53,794 nt of DNA, from positions 1 to 53,794 of IMG/VR virus record IMGVR_UViG_3300015360_000054. One strand, written 5' to 3'. How positions within the stretch are numbered: position 1 is the first letter of the stretch; each line of letters opens with the position of its first letter. Under the pieces are notes generated by a model, which was not told the DNA's origin, did not search any database, and saw only the letters and a list, made by a program, of their open reading frames with translations. The DNA comes from a virus (Duplodnaviria > Caudoviricetes). Below, piece after piece: positions 8,155 to 17,670 of this stretch. Both the position numbers and the translations under genes were made by a program.

Positions 8155-9501
8155 GTGGATCTTGGAAGCGCATTATTAAAACAAATAATAGCTAAGCAAG
8201 ATATCCCTACTTGGTCTACTCTTCGTAAAAATTACTTACCAAAAGAACTTCACTCACTTCACGATAGGATTGCTTCTTTCTTAGACAGATTTAATAAGCT
8301 ACCTTCGTTTGAGGAGCTTAAGTTTGATGTTAAGGGAAGACAAGTACTACAACAAGCAACCTTAATTGAGTTGCTAGACGTGGAATCAGAGCCAGAAATT
8401 CTACTGGAATTGCTAAAAACAGAATACGCACAGCTAGTTGCCTTTGAGCAAATAGAAAGTTATATTGAGCGCTCTGTAGTCTTTGAAAGTCCCATGGATG
8501 CTGTAGAAGGCATTCAAGAGATTGCAGCCTTTATAGAAAAGGCAGTAGACCTAGATGGGTACAACCAAGAAAACATGCAGCGAGTGGAGCTGTTTGATGA
8601 TGAGACAGCACTAAGTAGAAGAGTTACCCTTGGGTTGAATGAAGAGTTCGACCGTAATGTTAAGTTTACCCAAGATGCCCTAATAATGATTGGTGGACGA
8701 CGTGGTTCTGGTAAGTCTCTTACCGGCGCTAACGCCGTCTTAAACTGTTATAATAATAACAAACCGTCGCTTTACTTTAGCATCGAGATGACTACTAAAG
8801 AAACATTGCAAAGGATTGCTGCTGCAGGAGCAGGTGTTTCAGCTAAGAGAATAGAAAGCAATACCTTAACCGCCGAAGAGCTTATTAAACTAGCAGAATG
8901 GTGGGCTGGTCGCTTTGTGGGTGGCGAAGAAGTATATAAGAAGTACTCGCTACAAAAACCTTTTAAGGAGTTCCATAGGGAGCTTCAAGAATTAGAACTT
9001 AAAGACAATAAATTTGAGATTCTATACTATCCTGAATTAACTCTGGCTACGCTTAGATCAGAGATTGAAAGAAAAGTACATAGTCTACAACCTTCATTAG
9101 TAGTGGTAGACTACGTTAACAAAGTTAAGCTAAGTAATTTTTCTAAGAAAGGTCAATATGACTGGACCGAACAAATGTCTGTAGCAAGCGGTCTCAAGAC
9201 TCTAGCACAGAAGTTCAATGTTCCTATCATAGCACCATACCAAATAGATGCCAGCGGGGAAGCCCGCATGGCTAAAGGTATTCTCGACCCGGCAGATGTA
9301 GCGTTTACGCTAGACGCCCACAAGAAAAAAGATAGCTGCATAACATTTAACTGTACAAAAATGCGTAAAGGAGACGATGAGGTTTCCTTTAGTAGTAAGA
9401 TAGACTGGGAAACTCTTAAGATAGGTCCCGAGAATGGAATACTACCTTCAGCCGGAGGTAGTAATGAAACACAAGAAGAAGTAGGGGATACCCCGTGGTA
9501 A
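8155..9501 (+). CDS. Replicative DnaB-like helicase (T5 D6-like)
   Basis: AGGAGG SD and GTG start; Walker A GRRGSGKS, FSIEM, VVVDY, PYQ, KMR. Confidence 0.92.
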   Translation: MDLGSALLKQIIAKQDIPTWSTLRKNYLPKELHSLHDRIASFLDRFNKLPSFEELKFDVKGRQVLQQATLIELLDVESEPEILLELLKTEYAQLVAFEQIESYIERSVVFESPMDAVEGIQEIAAFIEKAVDLDGYNQENMQRVELFDDETALSRRVTLGLNEEFDRNVKFTQDALIMIGGRRGSGKSLTGANAVLNCYNNNKPSLYFSIEMTTKETLQRIAAAGAGVSAKRIESNTLTAEELIKLAEWWAGRFVGGEEVYKKYSLQKPFKEFHRELQELELKDNKFEILYYPELTLATLRSEIERKVHSLQPSLVVVDYVNKVKLSNFSKKGQYDWTEQMSVASGLKTLAQKFNVPIIAPYQIDASGEARMAKGILDPADVAFTLDAHKKKDSCITFNCTKMRKGDDEVSFSSKIDWETLKIGPENGILPSAGGSNETQEEVGDTPW

Positions 9502-9503
9502 AT

Positions 9504-9770
9504 ATGAAATATGAGAGTAAAAACGTACATCAAGCACTAAGTCAAGTTGTAGAAGAGATGGGGGAAGCTTTAGCTGCTGCCGGGAAATCACAACGATGGG
9601 GCCTAGAAAGTTATAACCCCGAGAATGGCCCATTGTCTGAAAAAAATATTGACTGGTTACTCCGGGAGTTTGGAGATGTGGAAATAAGCATGGATATTTT
9701 TAGAGCTTTTGTTAAAGCCTCTTATAATGATGATACCCGTACTTGGGATTACGAAATTCCAGGCGAGTAA
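9504..9770 (+). CDS. MazG-like nucleotide pyrophosphohydrolase
   Basis: VVEEMGE...K..RWG...LLREFGDV (EExxE / ExxD metal-binding pattern). Confidence 0.7.
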   Translation: MKYESKNVHQALSQVVEEMGEALAAAGKSQRWGLESYNPENGPLSEKNIDWLLREFGDVEISMDIFRAFVKASYNDDTRTWDYEIPGE

Positions 9771-9779
9771 AAATAGTTC

Positions 9780-9808
9780 TTGACAGTCGGCTACAAACGT
9801 GCTATATT
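9780..9808 (+). promoter_or_regulatory. Sigma70-type promoter upstream of the primase/polymerase unit
   Basis: TTGACA (9780-9785), 17 nt, TGn-TATATT (9803-9808). Confidence 0.8.
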
Positions 9809-9828
9809 AGTTCTTTATGGAGAAATAT

Positions 9829-10113
9829 ATGGCTTACAAAAAAGTCACACGGCGCAAGCCACTTCGCGGCAGTTCTTATAACATGCCCGACCTGTCAACA
9901 ATTCGTAAGCCTAACCTACCCAGGCTCTCCAATGGCTTTGGTAATGGTCTTACGACAGACAACTCTATTCTTACGCACATGCACAAAGAGTCTGTCGAAG
10001 TACAGGCCGAGATTGAGCGCAAGCGCACCCGTACTGCCCCACTCTATAACAAGGGTGCCTATCAGTACATAGGTGACTCAGATGACCCAACAAGTATCGG
10101 ACGCAAAAAATGA
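9829..10113 (+). CDS. Basic hypothetical phage protein
   Basis: GGAG SD before the ATG at 9829. The C-terminal APLYNKGAYQYI motif resembles one seen in other phage proteins. Confidence 0.6.
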   Translation: MAYKKVTRRKPLRGSSYNMPDLSTIRKPNLPRLSNGFGNGLTTDNSILTHMHKESVEVQAEIERKRTRTAPLYNKGAYQYIGDSDDPTSIGRKK

Positions 10114-10943
10114 CACCATTAGAGTTGCTAGAAAAACAAAAAATATACCACAAGTTTTCTGGCAATGATCTATTGATCAAATGTCTAAACCCTGAACATG
10201 ACGACGCTAACCCCTCCATGAGAGTGGATAAGGTTAGCGGCGTTTTTCATTGCTTTGCGTGCGGCTTTAAGGGGAATCTACTTCAACGATTTAACGTATA
10301 CAGATCTAAGACTCAGATGGCCCGAGAAAAACTTAAAGATAAAATAATAACTCACCTGTCCCAAAACAACGGGCTACAAATGCCAGAGAGCGCAGAGCCA
10401 TGGCCTATCTCTTATCGGGGTATCAAAAAAGAAACATACGAGCACTTTAGAGCGTTTACTCACAGTCAGTTCCCAGATCGTATTGTATTTCCAATTACTG
10501 ATGCCACAGGTAAGATAGCCCTATTCCAAGCACGATCTGTTATAGATGCTGAGCCTAAGTATGTGTTCTACCCTAGGCAGGTGCCGCCTCCTCTGTTCCC
10601 AATGCCGGTATCACCGGTGCTTAACAGTATTATTCTGGTAGAGGGCATATTCGATGTTATTAACCTTTACGACAAAAGTATACGATGTGCGGTAACAGCC
10701 TTTGGAACGCAAGGGCTTACGGAAGATAAAATTAAGTTGCTCCATATACTAGGAGTTACAACCATACATATTTTCTACGATGGGGACAAGGCCGGACAAG
10801 TGGCTGCAGACAAAGTAGAAAAGATAATAACAAGTTGTGGATTTGCTACTAACAATATTTACATTGAAGGCAAAGACCCAGGCGAATTAAATGCATACGA
10901 AGTAGAAAGTTTAAAATTGAAAATATGGCCAGAGTATTATTAG
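10110..10943 (+). CDS. DNA primase (CHC2 Zn finger and TOPRIM)
   Basis: CLNPEHDD.NPS, FHCFACG, LVEGIFD, FYDGD.AG, KDPG. Confidence 0.93.
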   Translation: MTPLELLEKQKIYHKFSGNDLLIKCLNPEHDDANPSMRVDKVSGVFHCFACGFKGNLLQRFNVYRSKTQMAREKLKDKIITHLSQNNGLQMPESAEPWPISYRGIKKETYEHFRAFTHSQFPDRIVFPITDATGKIALFQARSVIDAEPKYVFYPRQVPPPLFPMPVSPVLNSIILVEGIFDVINLYDKSIRCAVTAFGTQGLTEDKIKLLHILGVTTIHIFYDGDKAGQVAADKVEKIITSCGFATNNIYIEGKDPGELNAYEVESLKLKIWPEYY

Positions 10944-13210
10944 TAGAAGCTAAACCTAGTCGCTCAGATTATGCAAGTGCATTCTCATTCGAGTTTGACC
11001 GGGTAGCTCTCTGCCCCGATCCTAGTATTAAAAAAATTCTTAAGAAGGATGTTACTTTAGATCATAAAGTAGCAGATGACTATGACTGGGTAATCCTAGT
11101 AGGGTCTGAAGCAGTTAAGTTCTTCACTAAGAAAACCTCCGTAATGGATTACGCAGGTAAAGTAATTGACGAGAAATTCCTTGTAACTATCAACCCGGGA
11201 ATGCTAGCATTCAAGCCTGAAGCTAGACCTGTATGGAATAATTCAGTAGCTGAGATAAATAAATATGTTACAGGAAGTAAAACCGCTAGGAAATACGATG
11301 CTTCTGTCTTTAGAGGGATCGAGGATACGCAAGAAGCCTTGGAGTATATTCAAGGAGTTATGGACGCTCCTTACAGATACTTCGCTATCGACTGCGAAAC
11401 TTCTAGCTTATATGTTCGTGACGGGTATCTTCTTGGGGTTAGCATCTGTGGTGCTCCTAATACTGGCGCCTATATCAGTGCTGATTGTATTGATGAAGAT
11501 GTTATTGAGAAGCTTCAAGAACTTCTCGACAAAAAGATAGCAGTACTCCACAACGCAAAGTTCGATATTGCATGGCTGGGTTATCACCTAGGTCTTGTGT
11601 TTCTTAACTTTGAAGATACTATGCTACTGCATTATACGCTAGATGAGCGTCAGGGTATCCACGGTCTTAAGCAATTAGCCCTACAGCATACCGAGTACGG
11701 AGACTACGAGGGGCCTCTATACGAGTTCATTGCAGAATACTCTAAGAAACACGGCATATTAAAAGACGACTTCTCTTGGTCTTATATTCCTTTCGATGTT
11801 ATGAAGGAATACGCAGCTATTGACTCCTGCGTTACATTCTTATTGTATGGCAAATTCAAGCCTGTAGTAGAAGGCAAGCCTAAACTATCTAACGTCTACA
11901 ATAAGATACTTATCCCGGGCGTAGTATTCCTTAATCAGATTGAGCAGAACGGCATACCATTTAGTAGAGAACGCCTAGAGATGGCAGACGGTATTCTTAC
12001 CGAAGCCATCGTAGCTGCCGAGAAAGAACTATTTGAGTACCCACAAGTTGCAAAATTCAAAGAAGATAACAATGGTGAGTTTAATCCCGCTTCAGTACAG
12101 CAACTACGTAAGTTGTTGTTTGACTACGTGGGACTAGAACCAACAGGTATCAAGACTAAGACCACTGAAAAAGATTCTACTAACGTAGAAGTGCTTGAAA
12201 TACTTAGCGAATCCCATGAGATTCCTAAGCTAATTCTTAACCTTCGCAAAGCTAGAAAACTTAAAAGCACCTATATTGATAAAATCAAAAAGGGCTTAGA
12301 TAAAGATGGCAGGCTTCGCGCTAACTTTAACTTACACGGTACAACGTCTGGTCGCCTATCTTCTAGCGGTAAGATTAACATCCAACAGCTTCCTAGGGAT
12401 AACCCCGAAGTAAAAGGATGTATAGCAGCTAGATCCGGCTATAAAATCGTATCCATGGACTTGAAAACAGCAGAAGTCTATGTAGCTGCTGTGTTGTCTG
12501 GGGATACTAAACTACAGGACGTGTTTAAGACTGGTGGAGACTTTCACAGTTCTATTGCTAAGCTAGTGTTTAAACTAACTTGTGATGTAAGCGAAGTATC
12601 TAAACTATTCAAGCTAGAACGTCAAGCAGCTAAAGCAGTTACATTCGGTATCTTGTTCGGTGCTGGTGCAAAACGTGTATCTGCTGAGGTAACAAAAAGC
12701 AGTGGTTCATATTTCTCGGTTCACGAAGCCCAGGAAGTTATCCATGACTACTTCAACACATTCCCTAAACTTAAAATGTGGCTTAAGAAATCAGAAAACT
12801 CTATCAGAGAAAATAGCTACGCATATAGCTTCTACGGACGCAAGCGCCGTCTAAGAAATATCGGTAGCGATAATGGAGGAGTAGTAGCTCATGAAATTAA
12901 GTCGGGCGTCAATTTTCTTATTCAGTCTGTATCTTCTGACATTAACTTACTTGGTGCAATTGAATTACAACGAGAAATTATCGCACGAGGCTTAGACATT
13001 AAAATCTTTGCCCTAGTGCATGACTCGATTGTAGCCGAGGTCAGAGACGATCTTATTGATGAATATAAAGCTATGCTTAAGAAGCATATTCAAGTAGATC
13101 GTGGAATACAGATTAAAGACTTCCCCATTGGCATTGACATTGAGGTAGGTGATGATTACTCCTTCGGAAAGTTTGAGGAAAAGTTTCTCACAGAACCGGT
13201 ACCTGCGTAA
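10925..13210 (+). CDS. polA: Family A DNA polymerase with 3'-5' exonuclease, T5-type
   Basis: DCET, HNAKFD, YAAID, TTSGRLSS, MDLKTAE, RQAAKAVTFG, LVHDS. Confidence 0.96.
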   Translation: MARVLLVEAKPSRSDYASAFSFEFDRVALCPDPSIKKILKKDVTLDHKVADDYDWVILVGSEAVKFFTKKTSVMDYAGKVIDEKFLVTINPGMLAFKPEARPVWNNSVAEINKYVTGSKTARKYDASVFRGIEDTQEALEYIQGVMDAPYRYFAIDCETSSLYVRDGYLLGVSICGAPNTGAYISADCIDEDVIEKLQELLDKKIAVLHNAKFDIAWLGYHLGLVFLNFEDTMLLHYTLDERQGIHGLKQLALQHTEYGDYEGPLYEFIAEYSKKHGILKDDFSWSYIPFDVMKEYAAIDSCVTFLLYGKFKPVVEGKPKLSNVYNKILIPGVVFLNQIEQNGIPFSRERLEMADGILTEAIVAAEKELFEYPQVAKFKEDNNGEFNPASVQQLRKLLFDYVGLEPTGIKTKTTEKDSTNVEVLEILSESHEIPKLILNLRKARKLKSTYIDKIKKGLDKDGRLRANFNLHGTTSGRLSSSGKINIQQLPRDNPEVKGCIAARSGYKIVSMDLKTAEVYVAAVLSGDTKLQDVFKTGGDFHSSIAKLVFKLTCDVSEVSKLFKLERQAAKAVTFGILFGAGAKRVSAEVTKSSGSYFSVHEAQEVIHDYFNTFPKLKMWLKKSENSIRENSYAYSFYGRKRRLRNIGSDNGGVVAHEIKSGVNFLIQSVSSDINLLGAIELQREIIARGLDIKIFALVHDSIVAEVRDDLIDEYKAMLKKHIQVDRGIQIKDFPIGIDIEVGDDYSFGKFEEKFLTEPVPA

Positions 13211-13682
13211 CTTAAAAAACATACAGTTCCCCGTCTACAAAGCGGATGGGGAACCTATAGAGATCAATAAGGTTTTATTTGTAAACGGGTTTCCTATTGA
13301 TGACTTAACTGTTAAAAAACCCACGTTAGCATTACGAAGACTGCACAGCAAGATAAATCTAAAAGGTATTAATCGAGCGTGCCTTGATGTGGCTGACATA
13401 ATTAGGTCCTTAAAAGGGCAAGAAAACTGGTTCATAGATAGCTATGGTAAATGCTTTAAGTATGTTAAAACAGCAAGACATAAAGTAGCTTCCCATAAAA
13501 TTGTAAAGATAGACCTTAGGGACACATACTGTATAGTATCACTACAGGGAATTGACGTTCCTTTTATAGAGCCTAGGCCTCCTGAATTGCAGTTTGCAAG
13601 AGTATTATATTACCATGCAGCCCCCTGGCTGATACTAGAATATAACTCTGAGAGAATACCGACCAGTACCAAGAAGGTGTAA
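13149..13682 (+). CDS. T5-type hypothetical protein downstream of pol
   Basis: FPVY..., IDD, RRL, FIDS.GK; syntenic position. The start is uncertain because it overlaps pol. Confidence 0.6.
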   Translation: MMITPSESLRKSFSQNRYLRNLKNIQFPVYKADGEPIEINKVLFVNGFPIDDLTVKKPTLALRRLHSKINLKGINRACLDVADIIRSLKGQENWFIDSYGKCFKYVKTARHKVASHKIVKIDLRDTYCIVSLQGIDVPFIEPRPPELQFARVLYYHAAPWLILEYNSERIPTSTKKV

Positions 13683-14359
13683 TGAGTACAAATAATGCAT
13701 TTGACTTACGTAAAATTAAACCGCTTAACAAATATCAACAGGCTGTACTAGAAAGTAACAAACACTTAATAGTGCATGGCGCAGCCGGTACCGGTAAAAC
13801 CCTTATGCTTATTTATAAGGGACTTATAGCCATACAAAATAAAGCCATAAAAAATATAGTAATTATACGAAGTGCAGTAGCTACACGAGATGTAGGATTC
13901 CTACCGGGGCGACTAGAAAACAAAATCAAAGTTTTTGAAGAGCCATATGAGCAACTAGTAGATTTTCTATATGATAAAAAGGATGCGTATAAAGCCCTAA
14001 AACGAATGGGCATTATAGACTTCCGGGTGTCTTCTTTTGCTAGGGGTATAACCTTTAGCGATTGTTCGATAATTGTTGATGAATTTCAAAACATGACAGA
14101 GCATGAGCTTCATTCTCTCATGACCAGGCTAGGACCCAACTGTACTATCTCCTTTAGTGGTGATACCGATCAAACCGATCTTAAGTCCCAAAGCATTGGT
14201 AACTTTATTAACATATTAAAACATATGCCACAATACTTCGATCACGTGGAGTTCGGCGTTGAGTGTGTTGTAAGAAGCAAAATTGTGCGAGAGTATTTGA
14301 AAGCACGTAAGGAATTCTATGCCAAAGGCAATTCTAGCACAGAGAATATACCTAAGTAG
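13682..14359 (+). CDS. phoH: PhoH-family ATPase
   Basis: GAAGTGKT, RSAV, GFLPG, RGITF, IVDEFQN, TRLG, GD..Q.D, VRS. Confidence 0.93.
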   Translation: MSTNNAFDLRKIKPLNKYQQAVLESNKHLIVHGAAGTGKTLMLIYKGLIAIQNKAIKNIVIIRSAVATRDVGFLPGRLENKIKVFEEPYEQLVDFLYDKKDAYKALKRMGIIDFRVSSFARGITFSDCSIIVDEFQNMTEHELHSLMTRLGPNCTISFSGDTDQTDLKSQSIGNFINILKHMPQYFDHVEFGVECVVRSKIVREYLKARKEFYAKGNSSTENIPK

Positions 14360-15608
14360 TAATGATACTGGGTTACAAGCTTCTTTGCTGAAAGAACTGA
14401 CTTATTTTATCCCAAAGTATAGAGAGGATCTTCCCCCGGAAGTAATATGTAATTTGCGTATTATAGACGAGAAGAACCTCTCTATACCTAGTGGTCGAGT
14501 AGACCTCATACCAGAGGGGTATGAGATAATTGATAAGCGAATACACAAGTTTGTAGACTGGCCGGACTTTAACTTTACACCACGTGATGACCAGCAAGAG
14601 ATAATAGACCAAGTAAAAAGTAGCTGTCTTATAAACGCTTCTCCTGCTTGGGGTAAAACTTTTACTGGTATAGCTATTGCTAGGAAGCTAAGGCAGAAAA
14701 CGTTAGTTATAGTTCATACTCAACACTTACGAGACCAATGGGAAGAAGAAGTAGAGAAGACTCTATGTATTAAGCCCGGCATTGTAGGGGGCACAAAAAG
14801 AAACTTTAATAGTCCCATCGTTATAGCTAACGTACAAAAGCTAAACAATATTGATTCTATGGAATACAATAAAGAGTTTGGTACTCTTATCATTGACGAG
14901 AGTCACCACACTCCAGCCGCCACCTTTAGTAACTTAGCGGACCGCATGCATAGTAAATATAAGATAGGACTGACGGCTTCTAAGAGACGCAAAGATAATA
15001 AGCATATCTTGTTCCCAGACTACTTCTCAAAAACTAACTATATAGCTGATACTCATAACTCTATGGTACCAATTATACATAGGCTTCAACTGCCTATATC
15101 TGTTAGAGATGGTCCGGACTCTTGGGCTGTAAAAATAAACGAGTTAAGTTCTAATTCTAGTTATCAAAAATACATATCTACTATTGCTACAGCATATGCT
15201 ACCAAAGGCCACAAGGTTCTGGTAGTTGCTTCTCGCACAGATCTACTTCGCTTTGCAAAAGCTATAACAGATAGAAGCGTATGCATTACAGGCGAGGTTA
15301 AATCTAGCGAAGACCGTAAGGCTTTAATCGCTAAGATTAAAAACAACGAAGCAGATATAATGTTCGGTAGTATGAACATATTTGCTGAGGGCGTATCGGT
15401 CAACGAGCTATCTTGTCTCGTGCTAGCAACTCCTATGAATAATGACCCGCTTCTTGAGCAGGTGATTGGCCGAATAACTAGGAAGATGCCAGGTAAACTT
15501 CAGCCTGTTGTAGTGGACATTAGACTTGCTGGTAACACTGTCTTTAATCAGGGACAACTAAGGGATGGGTATTACTTAAATAACAATTACACTATCATAG
15601 ACGTGTAA
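14319..15608 (+). CDS. SF2 helicase (T5 D10-like)
   Basis: WGKT, IIDESHH, GLTAS, FAEGVS, QVIGRI.R. Confidence 0.9.
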   Translation: MPKAILAQRIYLSSNDTGLQASLLKELTYFIPKYREDLPPEVICNLRIIDEKNLSIPSGRVDLIPEGYEIIDKRIHKFVDWPDFNFTPRDDQQEIIDQVKSSCLINASPAWGKTFTGIAIARKLRQKTLVIVHTQHLRDQWEEEVEKTLCIKPGIVGGTKRNFNSPIVIANVQKLNNIDSMEYNKEFGTLIIDESHHTPAATFSNLADRMHSKYKIGLTASKRRKDNKHILFPDYFSKTNYIADTHNSMVPIIHRLQLPISVRDGPDSWAVKINELSSNSSYQKYISTIATAYATKGHKVLVVASRTDLLRFAKAITDRSVCITGEVKSSEDRKALIAKIKNNEADIMFGSMNIFAEGVSVNELSCLVLATPMNNDPLLEQVIGRITRKMPGKLQPVVVDIRLAGNTVFNQGQLRDGYYLNNNYTIIDV

Positions 15609-15618
15609 AAGATTTCAC

Positions 15619-15647
15619 TTGACTTTTAAGGTAAGTTATGATACTAT
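15619..15647 (+). promoter_or_regulatory. Sigma70-type promoter overlapping the next start codon
   Basis: TTGACT (15619-15624), 17 nt, TGn-TACTAT (15642-15647). Confidence 0.7.
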
Positions 15648-16015
15648 ATAGCTGGAGTAAAGTTCTGGCAAAAGCTAAAACCATGACAGACGTGATAATA
15701 ATTATGCATGGAATAACATGGCCACAGTCACTACATTACAAACACCACAAGAACCTACGCAAATTTCATGGGGTAGACTTCACGGGACATTGTTTTATTT
15801 TGAACCCTGAGCAGTTGCTCAATAACCCGTCTACAGCCAAAGAAGATGTGATAGAGTATATATCGTTAGCTAGCAAAAGAAGTCTAGCCAACTACCTCCT
15901 CACAGGAGAAATAACGCTAGATAGCAGGCTAGCTAAAAGTCCCCCTGCTAAAAACAAACTACTAACAATCAACGAAAACAATATAAGCTTTGCTTATGAA
16001 CAAGGAAAACAATGA
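15638..16015 (+). CDS. Hypothetical protein, T5 D10-D11 intervening position
   Basis: ORF fills the gap; YISLASKR motif; synteny. Confidence 0.6.
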   Translation: MILYSWSKVLAKAKTMTDVIIIMHGITWPQSLHYKHHKNLRKFHGVDFTGHCFILNPEQLLNNPSTAKEDVIEYISLASKRSLANYLLTGEITLDSRLAKSPPAKNKLLTINENNISFAYEQGKQ

Positions 16016-16677
16016 GCGCATTATCATTTAATACAGCAAAAACAAACCCAGGACGTGAAAAAGTACCTAGCTATAAAAACCGTGAAGGCGAGAACAAAGT
16101 TCGCTTCTTCGGAGGAATTGTAGGACGTTACATCTACTGGATTATAGGTCCCGATGGCAACAAATCCCCTGTGGAGTGTCTCCAGTTTGACCGTGAAAGC
16201 CAGGCTTTCAACAACTCGGTTGAAGACCCGGTTAAGAAATACTTCCCAGACCTAAAGCCAGAGTGGGCTTACGCAAGCCTTTGCGTTGATATGAAAGATA
16301 CCGACCCTAAGGTTTGCATCTTTAACCACAAGAAAAAACTCTTCGGACAAATTGGTACCGCGGTAGCCGATCTGGGAGACCCTGGGGACCCCGAAAAAGG
16401 CTGGACTGTAGTATTCGACAAGAAAAAAGTAGGCCCAAAGGTGTTCAACGTTGAATACCAGCTTAACATTCTTCGTTGCTCGAAAGAAGTAGGTCCTCTT
16501 ACCGATGCATTGCGTGAGCTATTTGACAAGCACCCGGCTATCGACGAAGTGTTGAAGCGTCCTTCTGCTGCGGATATCGATAAATACATCACAGAAGTTC
16601 TTACGGGCGAGGGTAAAAAGCCTTCGTCGGGTAAAGAATCCATGGATGAAGAGATCCCGGACGAAATTAATCACTAA
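16012..16677 (+). CDS. Single-stranded DNA-binding protein (T5 D11-like)
   Basis: RYIYWI..., KKKLF.QI, DP.D...GW, NVEYQL, acidic C-terminal tail. Confidence 0.8.
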   Translation: MSALSFNTAKTNPGREKVPSYKNREGENKVRFFGGIVGRYIYWIIGPDGNKSPVECLQFDRESQAFNNSVEDPVKKYFPDLKPEWAYASLCVDMKDTDPKVCIFNHKKKLFGQIGTAVADLGDPGDPEKGWTVVFDKKKVGPKVFNVEYQLNILRCSKEVGPLTDALRELFDKHPAIDEVLKRPSAADIDKYITEVLTGEGKKPSSGKESMDEEIPDEINH

Positions 16678-16681
16678 TAAA

Positions 16682-16710
16682 GTGGGGGGCGCAAGCCCCC
16701 CACACCTTTA
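16682..16710 (+). terminator. Hairpin or weak terminator after D11
   Basis: GTGGGGGGC-GCAA-GCCCCCCAC with a poor U-tract. Confidence 0.65.
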
Positions 16711-16719
16711 AGGAGCCCC

Positions 16720-17670
16720 TTGATTTTATTTACTGCTGATATCCATATAAAAATTGGAGCAAAAAATATACCTAAGCCTTGGGCAATTAATAGATACAAA
16801 CTATATATTGAACAAATAAGAGAAATTGAAAAACAATGTTCCCTGCATATAATGGGCGGGGATATATTCGACAGAACACCTAATTTAGAAGAGTTAGAAG
16901 TATATTTTCAACTCATTAATGACGCCAAGGTAAAGACTATCTGTTATGATGGCAACCATGAGGCAAGTAAGAAAAACAATACCTTCTTAAGTTTACTCAC
17001 TGCAGTAAGTGGCTCAGTAAATAATAACGTGGAAATAGTAACGTCAACTAAAGAGTATGACCGTTTTACCATTTTACCTTATGCTGATTTGCATGTATTA
17101 GGTAGTATTGAGAAGTGCAATAAAAATAAAGCTCTCTTTACACACGTGCGTGGCGAGATACCTCCACACGTAAAGCCTGAAGTAGAACTTAATCGTTTTG
17201 ATGGCTTTCCAATTGTGTATGCTGGCGACCTACATAGCCACAGTAATTGTCAACGTAATATAGTTTATCCTGGCAGCCCAATGACTACTAGCTTTCATAG
17301 GAATCTAGTAGAGACCGGATACATACTTATAGATGAGAATGATCTAACTAAGTGGACCTGGCATCAGTTTGAATTACCACAGCTTATTCGTAAGACAGTT
17401 ACCGACCCTGCCGAAATGATAGAGACAGGTTATCACAGAACTATATATGAACTAGAGGGTGATATGAAAGAACTTGGTGCGGCTAAGATCGTCAATAAAG
17501 AGTTGTTAGATAAAAAAATTGTTAAGCGACACACAGAGTCGCAACTAGACTTAACCAATAAAAGTCTTGTTGAAGGCTTAGACCTATACTTAAGAAAAGT
17601 ACTAGCGCTATCAGAACCGGATATCGCTGAAGTACTGGGAGAATTCAATGCTTTGCATGCAGAAGCTTAG
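16720..17670 (+). CDS. SbcD/Mre11-like nuclease (T5 D12)
   Basis: ADIH, GGDIFD, GNHE, THVRG, GDLH, YPGSP; AAGGAG SD and TTG start. Confidence 0.92.
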   Translation: MILFTADIHIKIGAKNIPKPWAINRYKLYIEQIREIEKQCSLHIMGGDIFDRTPNLEELEVYFQLINDAKVKTICYDGNHEASKKNNTFLSLLTAVSGSVNNNVEIVTSTKEYDRFTILPYADLHVLGSIEKCNKNKALFTHVRGEIPPHVKPEVELNRFDGFPIVYAGDLHSHSNCQRNIVYPGSPMTTSFHRNLVETGYILIDENDLTKWTWHQFELPQLIRKTVTDPAEMIETGYHRTIYELEGDMKELGAAKIVNKELLDKKIVKRHTESQLDLTNKSLVEGLDLYLRKVLALSEPDIAEVLGEFNALHAEA

